In this document: positions 33,270 to 41,869 of the stretch, in pieces | How positions within the stretch are numbered: position 1 is the first letter of the stretch | How the letters are laid out: each line of letters begins with the position of its first letter | Source: a virus | Virus record (IMG/VR): IMGVR_UViG_3300009838_000002 | Coordinates: 1 to 54,154 of that record | Direction: 5' to 3' (one strand) | DNA: 54,154 nt | Program-made: the position numbers and the translations under genes | The notes under the pieces: generated by a model | The model's database searches: none | What the model saw: the letters and a program-made list of their open reading frames with translations, nothing else | Told to the model about the DNA's origin: nothing

Positions 33270-34312
33270 ACATCCTCGATCACTGCGAGATCATAGGAAG
33301 CACCAGCGACGACGAACATTCAAACGCCCGTTGGCTGGAATTAAGAACTCACGGCATAGGGGGAAGCGAAGTCGCGGCTTTGGCTGGCTTGAACCCCTGG
33401 AAGAGTCCGCTTGCCGTCTATTTAGAAAAGACTGGGCAGGGAATGGAAACCCCCGACAATGAAGCGATGGAGGCTGGGCGCGACTTGGAGCCCGTGATCC
33501 TCAAGAGACTTCAGAGAAACCTCCCGAAGCTGGCCGAGATGGGAGTTAATACCGACGGCCTGCCAACCAACGGGATCGTTGTGCCGGGATCAGCTCTCTA
33601 TCGCTCCAGCGATCACCCGCTTATGCTGGCCACCCTAGACGGATTTCTGTGTGACGCAGATAACCCGGAAACCGGGATCTTCGAAAACACGCTGTCCCAT
33701 GAACCCATTGCCGGGATCGAAGCCAAAACCTGCGGCGAGAGATCGGCCCACCAATGGGACGAAGGCGTTCCCGACTACTACCTGACCCAAGTCTATCACT
33801 ACATGGCCGTAACTGGCCTGCGGATCTTCCTCGTTCCCGTCCTGATCGGCGGCAGAGAGTTCAAAGTCTTCCGGGTGGACTATGATGAGGAAGTCTGCAA
33901 CCGCCTGATCGAACTGGAGGAGAAGTTTTGGAAGGATCACGTCCTTGCAAGAGTTCCTCCAATGGCCGGATCATGTGATCGAACAGCCCTTGACTTTATG
34001 TTCCCTGCGTCCTCAACGAAGCCAGAACCCGTCTCCCTGCCGGACGAAGCAGAAGCTATATTACAAGCCTTCCTCCGGGCCAGGGAGGAAGAAAAAGCGC
34101 AGGGGTTAGCCAAAGACTGCGCGGCCAACCGCTTGAAGCAAATGATGGGCGATGCGGAGACAGCATTTTGCGGGACAGAAAGGATCAGTTGGAAGGCGCA
34201 GGTTACAAAGCGATTAGACTCCGACAGGCTGAAGCGCGAAAGGCCGGAGATCGTGAAGGAATTTACCGTCGAAAAGGCCAGCCGAGTTTTCAGGGTAGCT
34301 GAAAACAAGTGA
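33266..34312 (+). CDS. YqaJ-like recombination exonuclease (348 aa)
   Basis: WLELRTHGIGGSEVAALAGLNPWKSPLAVY, characteristic of YqaJ/lambda-exo-type nucleases. Confidence 0.75.
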   Translation: MNILDHCEIIGSTSDDEHSNARWLELRTHGIGGSEVAALAGLNPWKSPLAVYLEKTGQGMETPDNEAMEAGRDLEPVILKRLQRNLPKLAEMGVNTDGLPTNGIVVPGSALYRSSDHPLMLATLDGFLCDADNPETGIFENTLSHEPIAGIEAKTCGERSAHQWDEGVPDYYLTQVYHYMAVTGLRIFLVPVLIGGREFKVFRVDYDEEVCNRLIELEEKFWKDHVLARVPPMAGSCDRTALDFMFPASSTKPEPVSLPDEAEAILQAFLRAREEEKAQGLAKDCAANRLKQMMGDAETAFCGTERISWKAQVTKRLDSDRLKRERPEIVKEFTVEKASRVFRVAENK

Positions 34313-34324
34313 GGAGGAGAGACA

Positions 34325-35809
34325 ATGCTAAACAGGGTTGAAATTCGCAACGTACTGGGGATCGAACTAAGAGAAGTGGACTTCGACAAGATCAATATCC
34401 TTGTCGGAGACAACGGCACAGGGAAAACTTCCTTTCTGGAAGCCCTGGAAAAACTGTTCACAAACGGCGAGAGAAGGGCCAATTTCATCCGCACCGGATC
34501 CGACACAGCTTCCATCCATGCGGAAATGACGGTGGACGGAAAGAGTGTCATAGCCGACAAAACTTTCAAACGCGCCGGAAAAGACACAACGAAGCTGAAA
34601 ATTGAGGGCGACGTTCAGCGCGGCCCGGAGACGCTTCTCAAAGAACTTATCGGGATCGGCAAGTATTCCTTCAGCCTGAACCCGGTTGACTTCGTTGAGG
34701 CAGACTCCAAGGAACAGGTGGAGATCCTGCTGTCGCTTATGAAGATCGAACTCTCTCCGGAGAAGATCAAGGAGTGGTGCGACGGAGAATTCCCGGCCGT
34801 AAACCTCAAACAAAACCCCCTCCAGGTTTGCCGTGCCTTGACGGAACTCTACTACAACCGCAGGCATCAAGCCAACGCAGACGCCAAGGCGTTGAACGAT
34901 CAGTCTGAGGCATTGACGGCGCAACTGCCCGACAACTACGATCCCGAGGAGTGGAGAGAACTTCAGCTTCGGGACAAATACGAAGAGCTGCACATGGCAG
35001 AGCAGATCAATGCGAATCGGGAGAAGGCCGCCTCTGTCGTTGCCGGCCAGGACGCAGAGATAGCCCTTCTGCGCCAGCAGGCCGACAAGGAGAAGGCCGA
35101 GGACGCTTCTGTTTCCAGAATACAGATCGCGGACCTGGAAGAGAAGATCGAAAAACTCATGGCGCAGATCATTGAACTCCAAAACCAGCAGAAAACCCTT
35201 GAGTCCAACATTGCTACCGAGGCCGCCATTGTGGACTCCAAGACGGAGGAAAAGATCGCCGCGGTTATCGAAAAGTCAAAGAAGGCAAAGGAATACCTCG
35301 ATAGACAGCCCGCCATTGACACCGCGCCCATGAAAGCCGAGGCAGAAGAGGCCGAGAGGATGAAGGGCTTCGTCCAGATCGCAGATCAGGCCACGCAGGC
35401 CAGAACGAAAATGGCCCTCATAGAAGAACTCGCACGGCAGGCCGACGAAAAAGTAACCTTCTTCCGGCAGTTGCCGCATCAGCTTTTTAGGACCGCCGAG
35501 AAGCCCATTACGGGCATGGATGTTGACGACGAAGGGAACGTCACTCTCCCGAATCTGAAGGGCGAACAACAGCCGCTTCAAAATCTTAGTCAGGGAGAAC
35601 AGATCCTCGCCGCCATACAGATCGCAGAGGCGACAAGCGGCCCTCTTGGCATAATTCTGGTGGACGAATTCCAGAGACTCGACGACACAAACCAGCGCGT
35701 CTTTATTGAGGCGGCACAGAAAAGCAAATACCGCTTCGTGCTGACGGCGACAAAGGTTGCGGATGGAATTGCCAGCCAGGACGGCGTAAAAGTTCTGGCT
35801 ACAAAGTAG
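34325..35809 (+). CDS. SMC/RecF-like AAA ATPase with long coiled-coil insert (494 aa)
   Basis: Walker A GDNGTGKTS at the N-terminus, Walker B GIILVDEFQRLD near the C-terminus, coiled-coil in the middle. Confidence 0.7.
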   Translation: MLNRVEIRNVLGIELREVDFDKINILVGDNGTGKTSFLEALEKLFTNGERRANFIRTGSDTASIHAEMTVDGKSVIADKTFKRAGKDTTKLKIEGDVQRGPETLLKELIGIGKYSFSLNPVDFVEADSKEQVEILLSLMKIELSPEKIKEWCDGEFPAVNLKQNPLQVCRALTELYYNRRHQANADAKALNDQSEALTAQLPDNYDPEEWRELQLRDKYEELHMAEQINANREKAASVVAGQDAEIALLRQQADKEKAEDASVSRIQIADLEEKIEKLMAQIIELQNQQKTLESNIATEAAIVDSKTEEKIAAVIEKSKKAKEYLDRQPAIDTAPMKAEAEEAERMKGFVQIADQATQARTKMALIEELARQADEKVTFFRQLPHQLFRTAEKPITGMDVDDEGNVTLPNLKGEQQPLQNLSQGEQILAAIQIAEATSGPLGIILVDEFQRLDDTNQRVFIEAAQKSKYRFVLTATKVADGIASQDGVKVLATK

Positions 35810-35831
35810 CAGAAAGAGGAGGAGGCAAACA

Positions 35832-36899
35832 ATGAAAAACAATGAGGATCTGAAGGGAACTGAGCTCGCTGTCAGAGAGGTGGCTCTCCCGGCCCCGGTA
35901 GGGGTCTATGACGTGAACCGAAGCCTGGAACTTCACCGGATCGCCTGTAAACTGTTTCAGTCAGGTCTTTTCCCTAACGCCAAAAGCGAGGCTGGCGCCT
36001 TCGCCATCGTAGAGTATGGGGACGAACTCGGGGTGCCGCCAATGATCGCCCTCCAAAACATCAACAACATTCAGGGAAAACTCAGCACCGGCGCACAGCT
36101 TATGTTGGCCCTGGCTATGCGGCGCGGGGTTGAGTATCAGATCGTCGAAGAGTCGGAGGAAACCTGCCATATCCATTTCACGCGGGGGGCCGCAGTTGTG
36201 GAGTCTATCTTCACGATCAAAGACGCGCAAAGGGCGGGGCTCGTCAGGCAGAACTCTCCATGGGCAACTGCCCCAGCGACAATGCTGTTCCACCGGGCCG
36301 CTTCAAGAGGCGTCCGCAAGATCGCCCCGGACGCCGTGACGGGCCTTCTGCTGGACGATGAAGCCAGAGAGATCGCCCCGGAACCTTCTTCGGTGAATGA
36401 GGCCGCCAACGGACTGAAAGAGGCTCTGAAGAAACACGCAGACGAGGAGATCGCCAAAGCTGAGTCGCAGTTCAAGGCAGAGACGGAGAGGAGTCTGGCG
36501 GGCAAGTCCCCGGATCCTGGATCCGAGAAGCCCGTCCTGCCGCCGACTCCAAGAGTTCCTGCGCCGAACGCCTCACCAGTCCCGCCCAAAGTCAAGGCGC
36601 CCGAAGCCCCAAAAGTCGAGAAGCCAGGGAACGGAACGCCTGAGACGCCCCCGACCATTGCCCCTGAAACACTCGAAGCCCTCAAGGGCGTCTATGCGAT
36701 AAGCCGCAAGGCCGGAATCCCCAAAAACGAAGTTTTAGCCGCGATGCAGGAAATCGTTCCGATGGCCGCTTCTTTGGACGATCTGGAGAAGTGGGGCGCG
36801 GACGAATTAAACAGGCTACAGGGATCTCTCACGTTCGTCGCCGAGGGAAAAAAGAAAGTTAAGGCGCCTACAGTTCCCTTCCCGGACGAGTTGGCATAA
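35832..36899 (+). CDS. recT: RecT-like single-strand annealing protein with P-rich C-terminal extension (355 aa)
   Basis: GDELGVPPMIALQNINNIQGK.. and DAQRAGL..SPWATAPATMLFHRAASRGVRKIAPD; adjacent to the exonuclease. Confidence 0.6.
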   Translation: MKNNEDLKGTELAVREVALPAPVGVYDVNRSLELHRIACKLFQSGLFPNAKSEAGAFAIVEYGDELGVPPMIALQNINNIQGKLSTGAQLMLALAMRRGVEYQIVEESEETCHIHFTRGAAVVESIFTIKDAQRAGLVRQNSPWATAPATMLFHRAASRGVRKIAPDAVTGLLLDDEAREIAPEPSSVNEAANGLKEALKKHADEEIAKAESQFKAETERSLAGKSPDPGSEKPVLPPTPRVPAPNASPVPPKVKAPEAPKVEKPGNGTPETPPTIAPETLEALKGVYAISRKAGIPKNEVLAAMQEIVPMAASLDDLEKWGADELNRLQGSLTFVAEGKKKVKAPTVPFPDELA

Positions 36900-36990
36900 C
36901 CCCCTTCCTCCGGGGCCAGTAGCTTCCGTGGCTTATGGGAAAGACGGCCCCCCAGCTGGCTCCGGGGGAACACAAAGAAAGGAGACTCAC

Positions 36991-37173
36991 GTGGTTTACT
37001 ACGATAACAGCCCCACATATCAGCGGGACTATAAACAAGAGGAAATGGAGATACAGGAGGCCCAAATAAGGGCCGAGAGAAGGGCGAAGAAAGCCTGCCC
37101 CGCTTGCGCCACGCCGCTGACAGCAGAGGACTTCTGTTCGAGCTGCGAGACTTTCGCGGAGGTGAAGCCATGA
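36991..37173 (+). CDS. Hypothetical Cys-containing protein (60 aa; alternative GTG start at 36928)
   Basis: AGGAGA RBS before the GTG at 36991. Confidence 0.45.
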   Translation: MVYYDNSPTYQRDYKQEEMEIQEAQIRAERRAKKACPACATPLTAEDFCSSCETFAEVKP

Positions 37174-37376
37174 TAGAACACCGCGAGAACAAAATCAACT
37201 TACATCGCGCCACGCACACGCGGCCACACTGCCTGCGGGAGAAACGCTATGTCGTGGACACCGATTCGCAGCCCTGGAGCGCCTGGGACATCCTGAAGGC
37301 CGTGGCGACGTTCGCGATCGGATCCTGGATCGCCTGGCGAGTCCTGGACATCCTGGCCGGAGGGGGCGCGAAGTGA
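37170..37376 (+). CDS. Hypothetical protein with C-terminal TM segment (68 aa)
   Basis: ATGA overlap start; ..AVATFAIGSWIAWRVLDILAG. Confidence 0.5.
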   Translation: MIEHRENKINLHRATHTRPHCLREKRYVVDTDSQPWSAWDILKAVATFAIGSWIAWRVLDILAGGGAK

Positions 37377-37708
37377 AAGCACAAGTCCTCACTATCCTTC
37401 AAGCTCACCAAGGCCAGGCAGAGGCTATCACGGCGCGGGAGCTGGCCGGTTCTCTTGGCTTCCGTGACTCCCGGCAGATTAGACGGGCCATTCGCGACCT
37501 GCGGATGGAGGGCTATCCGATAGCGTCCAGCCCCACCGGGAGGCCGGGATACTTTTTTCCAACAGACCCAGATGAGGCGGCGCACTGTCTCGCCGTGATG
37601 ACGAACCAGATCCGGGAGATTGTCGTTGTTCAGCGCGCCGTAGGCCGTGCGTTCAACCTGGCTCTCCCGGCAGAGGCGCAACAGTTGCGATTCGAGGTGG
37701 CGGCGTAG
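37373..37708 (+). CDS. Putative winged-helix DNA-binding protein (111 aa)
   Basis: GTGA overlap start; ITARELAGSLGFRDSRQIRRAIRDLRMEGYPI. Confidence 0.45.
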   Translation: MKAQVLTILQAHQGQAEAITARELAGSLGFRDSRQIRRAIRDLRMEGYPIASSPTGRPGYFFPTDPDEAAHCLAVMTNQIREIVVVQRAVGRAFNLALPAEAQQLRFEVAA

Positions 37709-37894
37709 ATGGACAAGGACGCCCAGGCTATCCTCCAGGCGTTCGCCGACGGGCTGAATTTGTTTCGGGCTGAGATGCTCGAAGGGATACAGATTTTGCG
37801 GGGCGAGATTCAAAAAATCAAGGTTGACTCGGTAATTATTGAGGGGCGGAAATATGTCCTCGAAGACGGCTACGGCTACGGCTACGGCATATAA
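37709..37894 (+). CDS. Hypothetical protein (61 aa) ending GYGYGYGI
   Basis: ORF track; contains (GGCTAC)x3 at 37868-37885. Confidence 0.5.
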   Translation: MDKDAQAILQAFADGLNLFRAEMLEGIQILRGEIQKIKVDSVIIEGRKYVLEDGYGYGYGI

Positions 37895-37924
37895 ACCTAG
37901 TGAGAGGGAACTAAGGAGTAAATA

Positions 37925-38791
37925 ATGGCGTCTCCGCAAGTCGAAGATGGATATTGCAAAATAGCCAACGAGCTTCTTGAAGCCAAGGCTAAGATCCGTA
38001 TTTCTGGAGAAGAAAACCAGATATGGGACGTAATACTCCGTAAAACCTATGGCTTTAATAAAAAAACAGATAGAATATCAATCAGCCAGTTTGTTCTTTC
38101 TACTGGTATGAAACGAGGGAATGTTTACAGGGCGATAAAGAACCTAATTGCCCGTAAAATTATTCTCAATATTGCAACACCTGAGGGCGTAGAGTATGGC
38201 CTGCAAAAGGATTTTTCAAAGTGGGTTGTGGTGCAAAAAAGCAACACCCCGTTGCAATATTGCAACACCCCCGAAGATAAAATTCTCAATATTGCAACAC
38301 CTGTAGAAGAAAAAGCGGATAATGACGCCCTTCCTGAAAAGGAAAAATTGTCTCAATATGACAACCCCCCCGAAGTTGCCTGTTGCAATATTGAGACAAA
38401 ACCCGTTGCAATATTGCAACTACAAAAGACAACATATACAAAAGACAATAGTAGTAGTAAGCCCCCGTTGCAATATTGCAACACCCCGGAGATGGAAATT
38501 TTAAGATCAATTCCTGGGTATCCCTTCGATATTAAAAAAGACTCAGCTTTATTGGACGAATTAAAGAAAGCCTTCCCAGATATTGACGCCGTTAAAGAAA
38601 TTCATAAGTTTAAAATATGGCTTATTGACAACCCTTTAAAGGCGAAGTCAAAACCGAGAAGCAGAATAAGCAATTGGTTTGCCAATGCCAAGAAATTTCA
38701 GGAAAGAGATGAACGAAATGGAACTCACAAAACTGGCCTGCTCCAGCCTTCAAAAACCGACTGGTCCAAAGAACCTGCAACCCTCCTCTGA
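37925..38791 (+). CDS. Lambda-O-like replication initiator (288 aa)
   Basis: DGYCKIANELLEA...ISGEENQIWDVILRKTYGFNKKTDRISISQF..GNVYRAIKNLIARKII matches the Phage_rep_O N-terminal domain pattern; iterons lie inside the gene. Confidence 0.8.
   Translation: MASPQVEDGYCKIANELLEAKAKIRISGEENQIWDVILRKTYGFNKKTDRISISQFVLSTGMKRGNVYRAIKNLIARKIILNIATPEGVEYGLQKDFSKWVVVQKSNTPLQYCNTPEDKILNIATPVEEKADNDALPEKEKLSQYDNPPEVACCNIETKPVAILQLQKTTYTKDNSSSKPPLQYCNTPEMEILRSIPGYPFDIKKDSALLDELKKAFPDIDAVKEIHKFKIWLIDNPLKAKSKPRSRISNWFANAKKFQERDERNGTHKTGLLQPSKTDWSKEPATLL
38167..38482. repeat. Origin iterons: seven copies or half-copies of the palindrome GTTGCAATATTGCAAC
   Basis: Perfect 16-mers at 38251-66, 38405-20 and 38467-82; variants at 38167-78, 38287-98, 38354-66 and 38382-97. 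Confidence 0.8.
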
Positions 38792-39467
38792 GTGCGAATG
38801 GTGTCCTCTGGTGCAGGGTCTTTCGCTGGACGACTGCCAGAAGCGCCCGGAGAGACTTTACGCGGCTGAATGTCTGCCGATAAAGGCCCTCTGGAAGAAG
38901 ATACTGCGGAAGGCCGACGTTCCGGCGCGGTTTGAAAAGGCCAATTTCGGCTCACTTGTTGTCCCGCCATACCTGGAAGAACAGGCGGAGAAGGTTACTG
39001 CATTTGCGCGGGACCTGAAGCAGAACTTGGAGCAGGGGCAAGGGCTCATACTGAAGGGCTCCGTCGGGACCCTAAAAACCACCCTGGCTGTTGCCGTCCT
39101 CCAGGAGGTTCTTACCGCTGGATTCGATGGAATGTTTGTTACCATGCCCTCCCTTCTGGATACTATTTTCAGCCTGAAGGAAATAAACCCGGCTGAGTGG
39201 GTAGCCTTCGAACAGAGGCTCAGGAAGTCAAAGCTGCTTGTTCTGGACGATCTGGGCTATGAGAGGTCGGAGGGATGGGTCACAACCAAAGTTGACGCAA
39301 TAATTTCCGAGAGATACAACAGCGTGGTTTCTACCATCGCCACAACGAACCTTTCGGCGGCGGCGCTCAAAGGGCGATACGCGGAAAAGCTACTGGACAG
39401 ACTCGGAAGCACCTGCCAGCCGGTGACATTCACCGGGGCTAGCCTGAGAGAACAGAAGAAAGCCTGA
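38709..39467 (+). CDS. DnaC/IstB-like helicase loader ATPase (252 aa; alternative start at 38679)
   Basis: Walker A GSVGTLKT, Walker B LLVLDDLG; overlaps the end of the O-like gene by 83 nt. Confidence 0.7.
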   Translation: MNEMELTKLACSSLQKPTGPKNLQPSSECEWCPLVQGLSLDDCQKRPERLYAAECLPIKALWKKILRKADVPARFEKANFGSLVVPPYLEEQAEKVTAFARDLKQNLEQGQGLILKGSVGTLKTTLAVAVLQEVLTAGFDGMFVTMPSLLDTIFSLKEINPAEWVAFEQRLRKSKLLVLDDLGYERSEGWVTTKVDAIISERYNSVVSTIATTNLSAAALKGRYAEKLLDRLGSTCQPVTFTGASLREQKKA

Positions 39468-39485
39468 GAAAGAAGGCCGCCTGAA

Positions 39486-39896
39486 ATGAGACACTGCGTG
39501 ATCTGCGGAGCCGAAATAATTCTACGCCAAGGAGAATACCTATGCGCCTTCAAGAAGCGCCAGACCTGCGGCATGGAGCACAAAAGAGCTTTGCTCCGGA
39601 GAATCCACCTCGGGCAAATACCCGGCAATTACGCCCGCGTCGGCCGGCCGGAGGTCTCCGCAGTCCAGCGAGAGCAATTCTCGGGCTCGATAGAAAGCAT
39701 TATGCGGGCCTGCTTGTTGCGGATCGGCTGGAGGGGCGAGATCTGGACGCTCGACGATTGGTGGCAGGCGTTCTGGATGAGCGGGAAGAAGAGCGAGCGG
39801 CGGAGATTATTGCAGCAGGTGACACACGCGGCGTTAAACCAGAGCTCGCGGATCAACACGGACGTGAGGTTCGGGCCACGATCCATGAGTCGCTGA
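39486..39896 (+). CDS. Hypothetical Cys-containing protein (136 aa); 3' end ambiguous
   Basis: ORF track; the overlapping ORF 39542..39994 is the one ATGA-coupled to the next gene. Confidence 0.45.
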   Translation: MRHCVICGAEIILRQGEYLCAFKKRQTCGMEHKRALLRRIHLGQIPGNYARVGRPEVSAVQREQFSGSIESIMRACLLRIGWRGEIWTLDDWWQAFWMSGKKSERRRLLQQVTHAALNQSSRINTDVRFGPRSMSR

Positions 39897-39990
39897 CCAC
39901 TCGCGACATGATCTCGGCGGAGGGGCTAGCCCGGAAAACCGCACCGGGAGCGGAAGCGGAAAATAAAGTGACGGAAAGAAAGGGGACGAG

Positions 39991-40509
39991 ATGAAAAAAA
40001 CATTTGCGGAAAAACTCAAGGAAATGGACGCCTGCTCCGGGGCTGTGGAGTGGGTGGGAAAGAGGACTTTCAAACAGGCTTTTGCAGAGTGCGAGAGAGG
40101 GGATTGGTTGCTGTGGTATTTAGGGAAAATTGCAAAAACTAAGGCAGAGGAAAACGCTGTTGCTCTCGCTGCCTGTGACTGTGCGGAACGGGCATTGAAG
40201 TTTGTTCCAGCAGGTGAAGATCGGCCCAGGTTGGCGATTGAGGCGGCAAGAAAATATCTGGAATTTCCAACAGAGTTGAATAAGTCCGCCGCCCATGCCG
40301 CCTATGCCGCTGCCCATGCCGCCTATGCCGCTGCCCATGCCTTCGCCAATGCCGCCTATGCTGCCAATGCCGCCGATGCCACCTATGCCACCTATGCCGC
40401 CTATGCCGCCTATGCCGCCTATGCCGCCGCCGATGCCGCCGAAGCCGCCGAAAGTAAAATACAGGCAGATATTGTTCGCAAGCGATGGGTAGAGAAAGGG
40501 GAGAGATGA
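39991..40509 (+). CDS. Ala/Tyr-repeat protein (172 aa)
   Basis: N-terminus ..MDACSGAVEWV..CERGDWLLWYL.., then AAHAAYAAAHAAYAAAHAFANAAYAANAADATYATYAAYAAYAAYAAADAAEAAE. Confidence 0.65.
   Translation: MKKTFAEKLKEMDACSGAVEWVGKRTFKQAFAECERGDWLLWYLGKIAKTKAEENAVALAACDCAERALKFVPAGEDRPRLAIEAARKYLEFPTELNKSAAHAAYAAAHAAYAAAHAFANAAYAANAADATYATYAAYAAYAAYAAADAAEAAESKIQADIVRKRWVEKGER
40288..40452 (+). repeat. GC-rich tandem repeat (9/12/24-nt periods, GCCGCCTATGCC-like)
   Basis: Read directly; open in all frames, which generates shadow ORFs 40120..40815, 40139..40600 and 40295..40492. Confidence 0.9.
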
Positions 40510-40877
40510 TGGACGGAATTGATACGGGGACGATGCGGAAAAGATACGAGATTTGGCGTAATAGCTGCACCCGAGAACAGGCGCATGTGCATATTGACAT
40601 CTACACCCTCTGCGACGCCCTGGACGTCTGCCGTAAGGAGAGGGATGAGTTTCGCGAGAGACTTGAGCAACTGCAAGTTCAACTCGCTGGATGTGGACTC
40701 TGCGGAGAGTTGGGCGCGGATAAATATGCGGCTCCTGAGCATTGGCCAGGAGAACAGAAGCCGGATGGGCCACTCGTTCATTCGAGTTGTGAGCAGGCGG
40801 AGCGCAAAAGAGCATTTAACGCGCTTACGACTCGGCAGCGAGAAGAAACCCTGGACTGCATAAGGAGGCGGATGTGA
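40506..40877 (+). CDS. Hypothetical protein (123 aa)
   Basis: ATGA overlap start. Confidence 0.55.
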   Translation: MMDGIDTGTMRKRYEIWRNSCTREQAHVHIDIYTLCDALDVCRKERDEFRERLEQLQVQLAGCGLCGELGADKYAAPEHWPGEQKPDGPLVHSSCEQAERKRAFNALTTRQREETLDCIRRRM

Positions 40878-41308
40878 ACGCGCTGAGACTTCGCCTTCCA
40901 TTGCCCCCAACGCAGAACCACATCTGGAAACTCCGCAGAGGTGGGCGCGGCGTGTATCTGACGACAGAGGGGCAGGAAGTTAAGCAGGAGATAGCCGTTG
41001 AAGCATTCAAGGCGTCAGACGACGAGGAATGGGGAACAAGGCCCTGTCTTCGCGCCTGCCCGTGGCTTCGCGTGTCCATTCTCTACTACCTTCCCGACAA
41101 GCGCAGGCGGGACTTGTCGAACCTGAATAAGCTCCTGTTAGACGGCATCAGCGACGGCATCGGCGTGGACGACAGCAGGTTCCTTGTGCTGGAAATTCCA
41201 CCTTGTTTCGACAAGGCGCGGCCCCGGTGCGAGGTTGTCATTACGGGCCTGACTGAAGAACAAGCCGAAGCGCAGAGGCGGGCGTTTAAGGAGGCGTTTC
41301 AGGGATGA
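40874..41308 (+). CDS. rusA: RusA-type Holliday junction resolvase (144 aa)
   Basis: LPLPPTQNHIW..., YYLPDKRRRDLSNLNKLLLDGI..GVDDSRF. Confidence 0.8.
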   Translation: MNALRLRLPLPPTQNHIWKLRRGGRGVYLTTEGQEVKQEIAVEAFKASDDEEWGTRPCLRACPWLRVSILYYLPDKRRRDLSNLNKLLLDGISDGIGVDDSRFLVLEIPPCFDKARPRCEVVITGLTEEQAEAQRRAFKEAFQG

Positions 41309-41499
41309 AGCGGGTGGCGTATCAACTTGTTGTCAACGAGGCAGGAGTCATGGAACACATAATTTGCAAAACAAAAACGGCGGAACGCAAATGCCTCTCT
41401 TGTCCTTTTAGGCAAGAATGTAAAAAGTGTGGCTCTGTTTTTGATTCGTGGGATGAATACTGTAACGCCATGAAAAAACGGGAGGAGGTTGAGGGATGA
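41305..41499 (+). CDS. Hypothetical Cys-rich protein (64 aa)
   Basis: ATGA overlaps at both ends. Confidence 0.55.
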   Translation: MKRVAYQLVVNEAGVMEHIICKTKTAERKCLSCPFRQECKKCGSVFDSWDEYCNAMKKREEVEG

Positions 41500-41645
41500 A
41501 AATATGCGACAAGAAAAAAAGTGGCAAATGCAAACTAAGGAAAAAAGATTGCACTCACAGCGTCAAGCACGATGAAACACCTGCTTGCACCTGTCCTCCT
41601 TGCTCTCATTTTCCAAAGGCAAAATGCAAGGAGGCTGAGAGATGA
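41496..41645 (+). CDS. Small Cys/Lys-rich protein (49 aa)
   Basis: ATGA overlaps at both ends; MKICDKKKSGKCKLRKKDCTH...; below the ORF-track size cutoff. Confidence 0.5.
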   Translation: MKICDKKKSGKCKLRKKDCTHSVKHDETPACTCPPCSHFPKAKCKEAER

Positions 41646-41869
41646 AGGGCTTGTCAATACAGGATTTTTTATTAGTGGCTATACTTGTTTTTACGACAAT
41701 GTTATCGTCTTGGAGTATAAATACCCGCCTCGCGGCCATCTCACGCAACGCCGCCCGACTGGTTGTCGTGCAGGAGGCACAACTGCGGGAGCTACGGCGC
41801 GGAGTGAAGACAAGCATTGATTGGACGATACCTGCGGTGCTGCCGAAGAAGTTGGCGGAGGAAAGATAA
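41642..41869 (+). CDS. Small membrane protein (75 aa)
   Basis: TM segment FLLVAILVFTTMLSSW; its last 10 codons are duplicated at the end of the next gene. Confidence 0.55.
   Translation: MKGLSIQDFLLVAILVFTTMLSSWSINTRLAAISRNAARLVVVQEAQLRELRRGVKTSIDWTIPAVLPKKLAEER

Noticed and set aside
33937-35182. 216-aa and 271-aa minus-strand ORFs
   Set aside because: They are antisense to the exonuclease and ATPase genes and have off-frame-type composition.
37247-37939. 230-aa minus-strand ORF
   Set aside because: It is antisense to four tightly coupled plus-strand genes.
38167-38482. Regularly recurring 16-bp palindromes that could be mistaken for a mini-CRISPR array
   Set aside because: Spacing is irregular (14-84 bp), several copies are half-sites, and the array lies inside an O-like initiator gene. 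It is an iteron origin, not a CRISPR array.
40120-40815. ORFs encoding GIGGIGGIGG, HRRHRRHRR or PMPPMPPMPP repeats
   Set aside because: They are alternative-frame and antisense readings of the Ala/Tyr tandem repeat. Only the 39991-40509 frame has an SD, coupling to its neighbours and a non-repetitive N-terminal domain.
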